Part shown: positions 8,363 to 16,349 of the stretch, one piece after another
Numbering within the stretch: position 1 is the first letter of the stretch
How the letters are laid out: every line of letters begins with the position of its first letter
Virus record (IMG/VR): IMGVR_UViG_3300012363_000021
Coordinates: 1-24,898 of that record
DNA: 24,898 nt
Strand: one strand, 5' to 3'
Origin: a virus
Lineage: Duplodnaviria; Caudoviricetes
Program-made: the position numbers and the translations under genes
Notes under the pieces: model-generated
Seen by the model: only the letters and a program-made list of their open reading frames with translations
Databases searched by the model: none
Told to the model about the DNA's origin: nothing

Positions 8363-8676
8363 GCGGCGGCGATTATCAGCTATTCAGCGGACGCAGCACG
8401 GCCAAGGGTATATGGCTGTCGGCTTCTGACCTGGACCGATTGCTGTATGCCTGCCTGCCGGGCCTGAGCGGTCAGGATATCTTGACGCGGGAGTTGATGA
8501 CGGAAGCGCGATGCGAAGAATGCGGTGGAGTGAAGTCCACGAATTGCTCTCCTGAATACATCGACCATACCCCCGGTTGCCCCGGAGTCGCCAGATATCT
8601 GTTCGTGCAGCAAATGATCAAGGATGCTGCAAAGAAATCGATCTGGCGGCGCATCTATGAAATCGCCGTACCATGA
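8359..8676 (+). CDS. Hypothetical protein with CxxC...HxxxC putative metal site
   Basis: ATGA overlaps at both ends; RCEECGG...DHTPGCP. Confidence 0.75.
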   Translation: MSGGDYQLFSGRSTAKGIWLSASDLDRLLYACLPGLSGQDILTRELMTEARCEECGGVKSTNCSPEYIDHTPGCPGVARYLFVQQMIKDAAKKSIWRRIYEIAVP

Positions 8677-9455
8677 AGAACGATCTCTCGGTCATCGTCC
8701 CCTCGAAGACGGCATCGAATCTGATCCCCTGCGTTCAGGCGATCCGTGCGGCTGGCGAAGTCGCGGACATCATCGTGGTGAGCGATTTCGACGATCATGC
8801 CCTAGCGCGTCTGGCGCTTGAGGAATGCCCCGGCGTCGGATGTCTCTGCAAGATCGCCAACCTCGTAGCCGGCCAGAAGCCTTTCGTCTTCGCGCGCAAT
8901 GTGAACATCGGCATCCGGGCAGCCGGGTCTGACGACGTGATCGTGCTCAACGACGACGCGCTGCTCCAATCCCCCGGCGGCTTCACGCTGATGCAACAGG
9001 CCGCCGAAGACTACCCGGAGTTCGGCATCATCGGCGCCACATGCAACAACGTCGGGAATCCCAATCAGTCACGGATCAAGGGCGGCGGTATCTACGGCGC
9101 TGGCATTCGTGGCGGATTGCTCGCCGGGTTGCGCCAGGACAAGCGCATGGTCTGTTTCACGGCGGTTCTCGTTCCCAGGCGCACGCTCGAAAACGTAGGC
9201 CTGTTGGACGAACGGTTTATTTCGTATGGCTGCGAAGACGACGATTATTGTTTGCGCGTGCGCAAGGCGGGATTGAAGATCGGCATTCACGACGGTTGTT
9301 ATGTGGATCACGGCTCTCTCGCATCGAGTTTCCGAGCAAAGGGCGGCGCCGGTGGAGATTATCGTCCGAACCTGCGGCGTTTCATCGAAAAATGGGGCGT
9401 GGACAATTGGGGATGCGATCGGACACATTCGCACTTTAAGGAATTGTTTCCGTGA
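8673..9455 (+). CDS. Glycosyltransferase family 2
   Basis: LSVIVPS, FARNVNIGI, VIVLNDD and VGLLDERFISYGCEDDDYCLR motifs. Confidence 0.93.
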   Translation: MKNDLSVIVPSKTASNLIPCVQAIRAAGEVADIIVVSDFDDHALARLALEECPGVGCLCKIANLVAGQKPFVFARNVNIGIRAAGSDDVIVLNDDALLQSPGGFTLMQQAAEDYPEFGIIGATCNNVGNPNQSRIKGGGIYGAGIRGGLLAGLRQDKRMVCFTAVLVPRRTLENVGLLDERFISYGCEDDDYCLRVRKAGLKIGIHDGCYVDHGSLASSFRAKGGAGGDYRPNLRRFIEKWGVDNWGCDRTHSHFKELFP

Positions 9456-10309
9456 GACTCGCCGTCGTCGCCGGAGGCTGGCACTGGCCGCTCCACTTCT
9501 TCGCATCCGTCTCGAAGCAGGCGGGCGCGGCGGACCTGTTCGCCGTGGGGCACCGTTCCCCGGACCTGCCGGTTGTGCGGGAAGAGAAGCGCGCGATTCT
9601 CGAAGCGCTGCCGGGCGAGCTGGGCCGGGTGGACCGCGAACTCTACGGCCGCTATGCGGACACCGCGTGGCTGCATCGCCTGGGATGGCGCTATCGGGAA
9701 GAACCGAACACGGTAGGCGATTGGGGTTTCTTCAATCAATGGCTGGAGACGCACGACTACCGCAACTACGACCTGATCCTGTTCTGCCACGACGATACGT
9801 ACTTCCGGCCGCGCACCGATCTATTCAAGTTCCTGGCAGCGGTTGCGTCGTCGTCCGATTGGCTGATCGTTTCGCACAGCAAATATCCCGAGGCACCGCA
9901 AGGATACCTGCGCGGTTCGTTCGAATTCTGGACGCCGCAAATGCTGGACCTTTTGGGCGGCAAGATCGACCTGGGGCGGCTCGGCATGACACGGATGGGT
10001 CAATCGGACACACCGGTTGGAATGGAGGCCCTGTCGTCCTGGAATGCCACTTGCGATCCCTTAAGACGCTTCATGAGGGAGCGGAAACTGACGGACCGGA
10101 TCGCCTATCTGTCGAATCATTACCGGATCTCACCCTGGGCGATCGAAGGGGAGAGAGGATTCGTCAGCATGCAGGGCGGGGCACCATGGTCGTTCGAAGC
10201 CGGATTGCAAGCCTACCCGCTGCCCAACACGAACGCGGATAGCCCTGTGAGCCGGCACGCAAATACAGAGGGTTCGTCCGGTATCCAGGACCGCGGCGGG
10301 GCGGAATGA
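9452..10309 (+). CDS. Hypothetical protein, possibly a divergent GT-A fold glycosyltransferase
   Basis: GTGA-coupled; N-terminal beta strand (LAVVAGGW) and YDLILFCHDD DxD-like motif. Confidence 0.65.
   Translation: MRLAVVAGGWHWPLHFFASVSKQAGAADLFAVGHRSPDLPVVREEKRAILEALPGELGRVDRELYGRYADTAWLHRLGWRYREEPNTVGDWGFFNQWLETHDYRNYDLILFCHDDTYFRPRTDLFKFLAAVASSSDWLIVSHSKYPEAPQGYLRGSFEFWTPQMLDLLGGKIDLGRLGMTRMGQSDTPVGMEALSSWNATCDPLRRFMRERKLTDRIAYLSNHYRISPWAIEGERGFVSMQGGAPWSFEAGLQAYPLPNTNADSPVSRHANTEGSSGIQDRGGAE
10240..10294 (-). repeat. Boundary repeat, reverse copy L6
   Basis: Reverse complement gcggtcctggata...gcgtgccggctcacagggcta; lies within the 3' end of 9452..10309. Confidence 0.7.
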
Positions 10310-10485
10310 GCGTTCACAAACTCAGACGTCCAGCGGAGCGATGGCACAAAGACGTGCTGGCACTGGCGCGGCAATTGATGCAGAAGTATCCGGGCCTATC
10401 GCGCGATCAGGCGTGGAAGGATGCACGCGGAACGATCCGGATTTCCGGAGAAAAGTATCGGAGTGCCAAGAAAGGAGCGGCGTGA
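10306..10485 (+). CDS. Small basic helical protein (59 aa)
   Basis: Own translation MSVHKLRRPAERWHKDVLALARQLMQKYPGLSRDQAWKDARGTIRISGEKYRSAKKGAA; ATGA and GTGA overlaps at both ends. Confidence 0.7.
   Translation: MSVHKLRRPAERWHKDVLALARQLMQKYPGLSRDQAWKDARGTIRISGEKYRSAKKGAA
10314..10355 (+). repeat. Boundary repeat, forward copy R4
   Basis: cacaaactcagacgtccagcggagcgatggcacaaaga matches R9 at 25/38 ungapped. Confidence 0.55.
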
Positions 10486-11597
10486 GCGGCAGGCCCATCG
10501 TATTGATGCAGCCCTACGTCCCGGAGTCCGCCATCGCGGCCGTCTCGGAGGTGTTACGCTCGCGCTGGATCGGGCAGGGGCCGAAGGTCGACGAATTCGA
10601 GCGCCAGTTTTCCCGGCAGATCGCCGGCGGGCGCCCCTCGGTGGCGGTCAGTTCCTGCACCGCGGCGCTGCACCTCGCCTACATCCTGGCGGGAATCGAG
10701 CCGGGCGATACGGTGCTCGCACCGCTGTTTACGTGTACGGCGGCCAACGAAGCGCTGCTCTATCGCGGGGCCAAGATCCGGTTCGTGGACGTGGAGAAAG
10801 ACTCGCTCAACATGAGTCTCGAATACGCACTCGCTCACGGCCTGAACGAAGCCAAGGCGGTTTCGATTGTCCACTACGGCGGCATGCCGGCCGATGTCGG
10901 CGGATTCGTACGCCTGCTGCCGGGCACCCCGCTCATCGAAGATTGCGCGCAGGCGCTCGGGGGCTCATACCGGAATACCATGATGCCGCTGGGGGGCTGG
11001 GCCGACTACGCCTGCTACAGTTTTCAGGCCGTGAAGACAGTTACGACCGCCGATGGCGGAATGCTGTTGCCTTCTTGCCGTGTCGATACAGCGGCGGCCA
11101 CGCTCGCCAAGGCCAAGCGTCTCCGCTGGTTCGGAATCGACCGCCAAGCGAAGTTAGACGGCACCTGGGCCAACGATATTACGGAGCTGGGGTACAAGTA
11201 CCAGATGACCGATATCGCAGCCGCCATGGGGATCGAAGGGCTGAAGACGCTCGACTGGCAGATCGAGCACCGCCGCACATTGCGGAAGACGTATTTCTGC
11301 GGGTTCGAAGGCATCGACGGAATCCGGCTGCTCGACACCGATCCGCATTCGGCATGCTGGCTCTGTACCGTGCTGGTCGAAAGGCGCGAAGATTTCAAGC
11401 GCAAACTGAAAGACGCCGGAATCGAATCGGACCAGGTGCATTACCGCAACGACCGGTATTCGATCTTCAAAGAATTCCGGGGCGAGTTCCCGAACATGGA
11501 TGCCATCGACGGAAAGTATCTCTGCCTGCCATTGCACATGGGGATGTCAGTCGAGGACGTGGAGCGGATCTGCGATGCGGTCAGGAGCGGCTGGTAA
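10482..11597 (+). CDS. DegT/DnrJ/EryC1/StrS family PLP-dependent sugar aminotransferase
   Basis: SSCTAALHLA, IEDCAQA, SFQAVKTVTTADGG (catalytic Lys) and LCLPLH motifs; likely GTG start 10482 after AAGGAG. Confidence 0.95.
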   Translation: MSGRPIVLMQPYVPESAIAAVSEVLRSRWIGQGPKVDEFERQFSRQIAGGRPSVAVSSCTAALHLAYILAGIEPGDTVLAPLFTCTAANEALLYRGAKIRFVDVEKDSLNMSLEYALAHGLNEAKAVSIVHYGGMPADVGGFVRLLPGTPLIEDCAQALGGSYRNTMMPLGGWADYACYSFQAVKTVTTADGGMLLPSCRVDTAAATLAKAKRLRWFGIDRQAKLDGTWANDITELGYKYQMTDIAAAMGIEGLKTLDWQIEHRRTLRKTYFCGFEGIDGIRLLDTDPHSACWLCTVLVERREDFKRKLKDAGIESDQVHYRNDRYSIFKEFRGEFPNMDAIDGKYLCLPLHMGMSVEDVERICDAVRSGW

Positions 11598-11605
11598 AGG
11601 CCGTT

Positions 11606-12349
11606 ATGAGCATTGTCGTCTACACCGTCGTATTAGGAGGCTGGGATTATCTGCGTCCCCCGGTAGCGATCGAGCCCGGCGTGCGCTATCTGGCGTTCGT
11701 CGATCAGCCCATGCCGCCCTGTCCGCCGTGGGAGTTCCAGCCGGCCTTCACGCCGTACGGTACGCACTCGCGGAACAGCAGGCTGCCGAAGATCCTTCCG
11801 CATCTGCATTTCGATGCCGAGTATTCGGTCTACCACGACGCCAACTTCGCGCTGAAGGTCCCGGCCAGCTATCTGACCGCGTACCTGGCAAACGGACGCG
11901 ACATTGCGCTGTTCGAGCATCCCTGCCGCATACACATCGAGCAGGAGGCCAAGACGATCCTGGACAGGCCAGCCGAATTCCCCAACGTGGATCCGGGAGA
12001 GATCCGCCGGCAGATCACGCGCTGGAAGCACATGGGCGCTCCGCTCGGGTTGTGGGCGGGGGGGCTGATCGTCCGCCGGCACAACGAGGCAGTGGCGTCC
12101 TTCAACCGCACCTGGTGGCAGGAGTTCATGGCGGGCTGCTCGCGCGATCAGTTCTCGCTGCCCATGGCAAGGTCCTTGACGGGGATCGAGATCCAGAATA
12201 TCCAGGGCGACCTCTTCAATAATCCTTTGATGGCGTTCCACTGGCACGCGGCCTGGAAAGATAAAGGGGATAACCCGGCCATGGCAGACCGGATGCGGCC
12301 GTACCGGGATAGAAGAGTCAGGCTGGAAGAACTGGCAGACCGTCCGTAA
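11606..12349 (+). CDS. DUF616 (TOD1/MUCI70-like) glycosyltransferase-like protein
   Basis: IVVYTVVLGGWDYL, RLPKILPH, YSVYHDAN, FEHPCR and SRDQFSLP motifs; ATG 11606 within the long 10421 frame. Confidence 0.85.
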   Translation: MSIVVYTVVLGGWDYLRPPVAIEPGVRYLAFVDQPMPPCPPWEFQPAFTPYGTHSRNSRLPKILPHLHFDAEYSVYHDANFALKVPASYLTAYLANGRDIALFEHPCRIHIEQEAKTILDRPAEFPNVDPGEIRRQITRWKHMGAPLGLWAGGLIVRRHNEAVASFNRTWWQEFMAGCSRDQFSLPMARSLTGIEIQNIQGDLFNNPLMAFHWHAAWKDKGDNPAMADRMRPYRDRRVRLEELADRP

Positions 12350-12361
12350 CAAGCGGGGGAA

Positions 12362-12428
12362 AAAGCCGGTCTGGCTCTTCGGTCCTGCAGGCGGAGGGTG
12401 AGGCGGGCGCGGGGGCCAGCAGTCAGCT
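12362..12428 (-). repeat. Boundary repeat, reverse copy L7
   Basis: 59/67 identical to 15480-15546; contains the TGA of the antisense ORF. Confidence 0.9.
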
Positions 12429-12644
12429 TGACGGCTTCGTATCGCAAGCATCGCCGCAAGCCGTGCAGACGTAGCAGCAGGTGGCCGCGCCGAATCCGTC
12501 GTCGTCTCCAGAGATTTTGACTGGAGCGTTGCAACAATCCGAGACCGACGCGATGGCAACTGAGGCGCGCACATTACGTTCGCGCTGCTGGTCGGCCAAC
12601 CGGCGCTTGAACGTTTCGCGAATCCGCTGGCGCGTGTTCATCAC
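12423..12644 (-). CDS. Small antisense Zn-ribbon protein
   Basis: SDCCNAPV...YVCTACGDAC; occupies a + strand gap between L7 and R5. Confidence 0.65.
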   Translation of the reverse strand: MMNTRQRIRETFKRRLADQQRERNVRASVAIASVSDCCNAPVKISGDDDGFGAATCCYVCTACGDACDTKPSS

Positions 12645-12657
12645 TCACAGCTTACCG

Positions 12658-12715
12658 CCGACTCTTGGACAACTACGCAAGGCAACTCCGCAGACGTAAC
12701 GGCGCAAAGAGAATC
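12658..12715 (+). repeat. Boundary repeat, forward copy R5
   Basis: ccgactcttggacaactacgcaaggcaactccgcagacgtaacggcgcaaagagaatc, 17 nt before ATG 12733. Confidence 0.9.
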
Positions 12716-12732
12716 ATCGCCCGAAGTTCACT

Positions 12733-13470
12733 ATGCAATCGATCCTCGCCTGCCTGCGCGTCAAGAACGAAGCCCGCTGGATCGCACAAGTGCTCCAGTC
12801 CATTCAACCGTTGTGCCAGCGCATCCTGGTCTTCGACGATCGTTCCACCGATGACACGGTAGAGATAGCCCTGAATCGGGGAGCGGAAGTAATCCGGTCG
12901 CCCTTCGATGGACTGAACGAAGCGCGCGACAAAGCGTACCTGCTCGACGAATACCTGATCCCGGCAGATCCGGATTGGGTGCTGGCGATCGACGGCGACG
13001 AAATATTGACGCCCGATTCGATCCCGTTCGTTCAACGCGCCGCGGCCCGTCCCCAGGTCTCGCACTGCTCCTTTCGCGTGTTGTATCTGTGGGACCGGGA
13101 AGACCAGATCCGCACCGATGGAGTGTACCGGGATTTCCGGCGCTCTTCCATGTTCCGGGTAAGAGGGCAGCGCGGTTTGCATTTCCCCGCGTCGACGTCG
13201 CACGGCGGGAATTTCCATTGCAAGAGCGTCCCTCAGGGCTTACGCGGAATCGGCTCGCCGCTCGAAGCCAAGCTCCTGCACTACGGCTATCTGCACCGCG
13301 AGGACCGGCTCAGGAAATACGCGTGGTACCGGGCGCACGATCCGCACGCGCTTTCCGAAGACGGTTACCGGCATGTGGTGCAGGGCGACTTACCGGAGAT
13401 CCCGGCCGGAATGCGCTTGCTGCACGGCGGGCCGCTCAAACTCCAAACGCTCCGCTCCTCCGATTTCTAG
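12733..13470 (+). CDS. Glycosyltransferase family 2
   Basis: LRVKNEARWI, VFDDRSTDDT, DWVLAIDGDE and LLHYGY motifs. Confidence 0.93.
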   Translation: MQSILACLRVKNEARWIAQVLQSIQPLCQRILVFDDRSTDDTVEIALNRGAEVIRSPFDGLNEARDKAYLLDEYLIPADPDWVLAIDGDEILTPDSIPFVQRAAARPQVSHCSFRVLYLWDREDQIRTDGVYRDFRRSSMFRVRGQRGLHFPASTSHGGNFHCKSVPQGLRGIGSPLEAKLLHYGYLHREDRLRKYAWYRAHDPHALSEDGYRHVVQGDLPEIPAGMRLLHGGPLKLQTLRSSDF

Positions 13471-13486
13471 CGCAAAGGGCTTACCC
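13452..13486 (+). repeat. Boundary repeat, forward copy R6 (3' part)
   Basis: ccgctcctccgatttctagcgcaaagggcttaccc supplies the TAG of the GT gene; 29/35 to R1. Confidence 0.8.
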
Positions 13487-13500
13487 GCTTTTCGAATTCC

Positions 13501-13842
13501 ATGGCGTTTCAAACTCTAATCCGTGCCGGAGACTTGCCCCGCCGTCTGACGTTCTACACCCAGACGGTCTCAAAATCTCCCACCACCGGAACCGAAACGC
13601 TGACCTGGACCGATGAGTTCTGCACGGTGTGGGGCTCGATGGGACCGTCCGGAGATCCCAAGGCGTACGACCAGAACCGTTTCGTCCAGGAAGAGCACGG
13701 GCAAACGACGATCCGCTATCGCAAAGGGATTATCGCCACCATGCAGTTCGAATTTCAGGGACGAAGATTCGATGTGCTGAACGTATTAGACGTGGATGAA
13801 CGGCACATCAAAATGATCCTGACCGTCAGAGAAGTTCACTGA
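13501..13842 (+). CDS. Phage head closure (head-tail adaptor) protein
   Basis: RAGDLPRRLTF, TVWG, TIRYRKGI...M and GRRFDVLNVLDVDERH motifs. Confidence 0.92.
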   Translation: MAFQTLIRAGDLPRRLTFYTQTVSKSPTTGTETLTWTDEFCTVWGSMGPSGDPKAYDQNRFVQEEHGQTTIRYRKGIIATMQFEFQGRRFDVLNVLDVDERHIKMILTVREVH

Positions 13843-13898
13843 TTTCTGTTTTGGCTCTAGCGTGAGTGCCGCCATGCAGCACCGCCCGCCACGAGCGG
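13843..13898 (-). repeat. Boundary repeat, degenerate reverse copy L8
   Basis: Reverse complement ccgctcgtgg...tagagccaaaacagaaa; same 42-nt end-to-core offset as L5; begins at the stop codon. Confidence 0.45.
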
Positions 13899-13958
13899 AT
13901 GGGTCAAATCCACAAGTATTTAGCCTAAAGGGTAAATTGAGTCCATCGACTAAACTTC

Positions 13959-14018
13959 CCCGCTCTTGGTTCACTTCGCAAGTTCACTCGCCTAGCCCGC
14001 ACGGGCGCAAAGAGAATC
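13959..14018 (+). repeat. Boundary repeat, forward copy R7
   Basis: 49/59 aligned to R9 with one gap. Confidence 0.9.
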
Positions 14019-14032
14019 ACCGCTAACCTGTC

Positions 14033-14620
14033 ATGGCACTTCGCACTAAAAACATAGCCCGAGGCGGCGGCAAGGGCGGCGTATTCAAAGCCGATATCCA
14101 GGGCCTCAAGGAGCTGGAGCGCAAGCTGAAAGCCTTGCGCATGGACAGCCCGGAGATCACCGCGGAACTGTTCGGAATCGTGGGTGGGGCAGCCGACGAC
14201 CTGCGGGACCGGATGCGCTCCGCGGCGCGCTCGGCCGGCTGGGGTAGCCAGAAAACCACCGTTCAGGTTCCCGGCCAGAACGTCATGAAGCCGGTAACCG
14301 GCGACGACGCGATCGACACCATCTTTTCCTACGACACCCCGCGCGGCGGCTCCGGGCGCCAGCGCATTTCCGCCCTGGCCGGAGTCGCCAAGAAACGGAC
14401 CATGATCGTGTGGCGGGCGGCGCGGCATCCCCAATCCCCCAAGGCCCAACGCCGCTATCCCGAATTGGTGGCCGAGAGTTTCGCCTCGATGCTGGAATTC
14501 GGAACCACCCGCATGCCCGCCAGACCGGCCATCCGCTCGACCATCGAAGGGGCCAAGCAGTCGATCCTCGATAAACTGAGCGAAGGATATAAGGCGCTGG
14601 TCGAGAAATATTCGCGCTAG
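14033..14620 (+). CDS. HK97 gp10-like neck/tail protein
   Basis: IQGLKELERKLKAL and LEFGTTRMPARPAIR motifs; synteny. Confidence 0.9.
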   Translation: MALRTKNIARGGGKGGVFKADIQGLKELERKLKALRMDSPEITAELFGIVGGAADDLRDRMRSAARSAGWGSQKTTVQVPGQNVMKPVTGDDAIDTIFSYDTPRGGSGRQRISALAGVAKKRTMIVWRAARHPQSPKAQRRYPELVAESFASMLEFGTTRMPARPAIRSTIEGAKQSILDKLSEGYKALVEKYSR

Positions 14621-14625
14621 TTTAT

Positions 14626-14668
14626 CACGTCGGCAGCGCGGAGAAGAGGCCAGCGGCGGGGCTGAATG
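14626..14668 (-). repeat. Boundary repeat, degenerate reverse copy L9
   Basis: tcggc..cgcggaga.gaggc........gggc blocks are collinear with L10; lies between a + stop (14620) and a - stop (14669). Confidence 0.5.
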
Positions 14669-15010
14669 TTACGCCGGTTCGGCGGGCGCGATGCCGGCTG
14701 CGGACGTGCGCGTGCGCGTGGCGTCGATGGCATCGAGCAGAGCCTGGACCTTGCGCCCGATCTGAGTCCCCTTGGCAATCGAGGCGTGTGCCAGCCATTC
14801 GCGGACGGGTTCGGCTGCCTGATAGATCCCGGCCAGTTCAGGGGAATGGCCGCTGGTGACCAGGGCTCCCGATTCCACCGCGTCTTGCAAGCCGTGGATG
14901 GCGCGGTTGATGGCGTCGCGGCGCCAGCGCAGATCGGTCAACGCGCGCCGGTATTCCTCCGGGGTCAAGATTTCGATTTCCGTTTCGGTTCCCACGTGTG
15001 CAAACAGCAT
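14669..15010 (-). CDS. Antisense hypothetical protein (113 aa)
   Basis: Fills a + strand gap; helical composition; GAGG precedes the ATG on the - strand. Confidence 0.7.
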   Translation of the reverse strand: MLFAHVGTETEIEILTPEEYRRALTDLRWRRDAINRAIHGLQDAVESGALVTSGHSPELAGIYQAAEPVREWLAHASIAKGTQIGRKVQALLDAIDATRTRTSAAGIAPAEPA

Positions 15011-15015
15011 GCCTC

Positions 15016-15071
15016 AATCCAGGATCACTACGCAAGCCCGCTCCTCTGACCCACGGGCGCAAAGGGTTATC
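15016..15071 (+). repeat. Boundary repeat, forward copy R8
   Basis: aatccaggatcactacgcaagcccgctcctctgacccacgggcgcaaagggttatc. Confidence 0.9.
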
Positions 15072-15085
15072 CGGGAGAGTGCCGG

Positions 15086-15481
15086 TTGAGCCCCGAAGAA
15101 ATTGTCTATCAGGCCCTGGCGAACGATTCGGCCATCGCTCTGATCGTGGGCAACCGCATCTCTTCCCGGCACGTCATCCTGGGCCAGGAGCTGCCCTGCA
15201 TCACCTTCCAGATGATCGGCGGGCACATGCACTACACCCAGGACGGCTTGGACGCCATGCAATCGCCGGTGGTGCAGATCGACTGCTGGGCCAGAATATC
15301 GAGCTACGACGTCCTCACGGCGTTACGAATCGCGGTGATCGATTGCCTGAACGGAGCCGATTCCCCGGGCGTCGGCCGGTACTTCCTGATCACCGACGAC
15401 GGCACGGACTTCGTGGAAGAAAAAGGAACCATCGGACGGAAGAAGATCGATGCGATTGTGTGGCACAACCGCAACGCATAA
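15086..15481 (+). CDS. Tail completion/terminator protein (DUF3168-like)
   Basis: IVYQALAND..IALIVGNRI, LPCITF and VQIDCWA motifs; precedes the tail tube gene. Confidence 0.88.
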   Translation: MSPEEIVYQALANDSAIALIVGNRISSRHVILGQELPCITFQMIGGHMHYTQDGLDAMQSPVVQIDCWARISSYDVLTALRIAVIDCLNGADSPGVGRYFLITDDGTDFVEEKGTIGRKKIDAIVWHNRNA

Positions 15482-15546
15482 AGCCGGCTTGGCTCTTCGG
15501 CCCCGCACGCGGAGAGCGAGGCGGGCGCGTGGGCCAGCAGTCAGCT
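15480..15546 (-). repeat. Boundary repeat, reverse copy L10
   Basis: 59/67 identical to L7; contains the TGA of the antisense ORF at 15543-15541. Confidence 0.9.
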
Positions 15547-15843
15547 CTCTTTTCTAGCCAGAACGCCGAACAGGCGGGCACTGACTCGCCAACGGGACCG
15601 GCGTGTTGCGTTCCGCTGTCGGAGCAGGGCGATGATTCTGTTTCGCGTTATCGCCGGGGTCTCATCCGGCAGGCACGGCAGAAACTGAGTATCTCCAGGC
15701 TTGGCATGTGCCATGCCCTCGATGATCCAGTAGCGGCGGCAACGGTCAGCGCCCCTCCACTTGGGGCGATGGCAGAACTGCTGTATGTCTTCAGCCGCGC
15801 GCCGGTCCAGATCCTCGGGCCATTCAGGCAGGGTTTTCAGCAC
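15541..15843 (-). CDS. Antisense hypothetical protein (100 aa)
   Basis: Starts 2 nt after the stop of the upstream - strand ORF and ends inside L10. Confidence 0.6.
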   Translation of the reverse strand: MLKTLPEWPEDLDRRAAEDIQQFCHRPKWRGADRCRRYWIIEGMAHAKPGDTQFLPCLPDETPAITRNRIIALLRQRNATRRSRWRVSARLFGVLARKES

Positions 15844-15845
15844 AG

Positions 15846-16259
15846 TCAGCCTGCGTTTTCCTCATCACCGACCACTTCGTATGCGGAATAATGCGTCAAC
15901 GGAATTGCCAGCGGCAAGTTGTGCGTCAGCAGCTTCCGGAGTGCGGAAGCATGTCCCCGTACTGCTTCTTGGCGGGTGCGGTAGTGCGCCGTGAACACCG
16001 CAAACAACTCGATCCCCTCCAGAAAGACCATCGTCTCGTAACCGTGCTCTGGCTCGCAGATATGCAACGGATCTTCCGCGTGAGCGCCTTCAAGGCAGAC
16101 AGTCGAGACCGTTACCTTCTTGGCCCAGCCATCTTCCCAACTGCGATTAAGGGCGCTGATCCCGATGGGCAAGCCGAAGGTACCGCTTACCTCGGAGAGC
16201 CTCACCTGCCGCGCGTTCATTCCTGCTGGCCGTGGCATCCGATCACTCGCAGCCATCAT
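15846..16259 (-). CDS. Antisense hypothetical protein (VSTV...YETMVF...Y.T..EA..GH motif)
   Basis: Globular-looking core; start uncertain (ATG 16259, 16238 or 16220). Confidence 0.7.
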   Translation of the reverse strand: MMAASDRMPRPAGMNARQVRLSEVSGTFGLPIGISALNRSWEDGWAKKVTVSTVCLEGAHAEDPLHICEPEHGYETMVFLEGIELFAVFTAHYRTRQEAVRGHASALRKLLTHNLPLAIPLTHYSAYEVVGDEENAG

Positions 16260-16260
16260 G

Positions 16261-16320
16261 CCCGCTCTTGGATCGCGACGCAAGCTCACTCGCCTAAGCC
16301 CGTGATGGCGCAAAGAGAAG
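16261..16320 (+). repeat. Boundary repeat, forward copy R9
   Basis: cccgctcttggatcgcgacgcaagctcactcgcctaagcccgtgatggcgcaaagagaag. Confidence 0.9.
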
Positions 16321-16349
16321 CGACCGCGCTCGTGGATCTGATCTGACTT

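Noticed and set aside
10421-11605. N-terminal 395 codons of the listed 642-aa ORF
   Set aside because: An Arg-rich alternate frame over the aminotransferase; the real gene starts at ATG 11606.
16305-16321. TGGCGC...GC as a sigma-54 -24/-12 promoter (also 10342)
   Set aside because: GG-to-GC spacing is one base too long and most copies lack TTGC.
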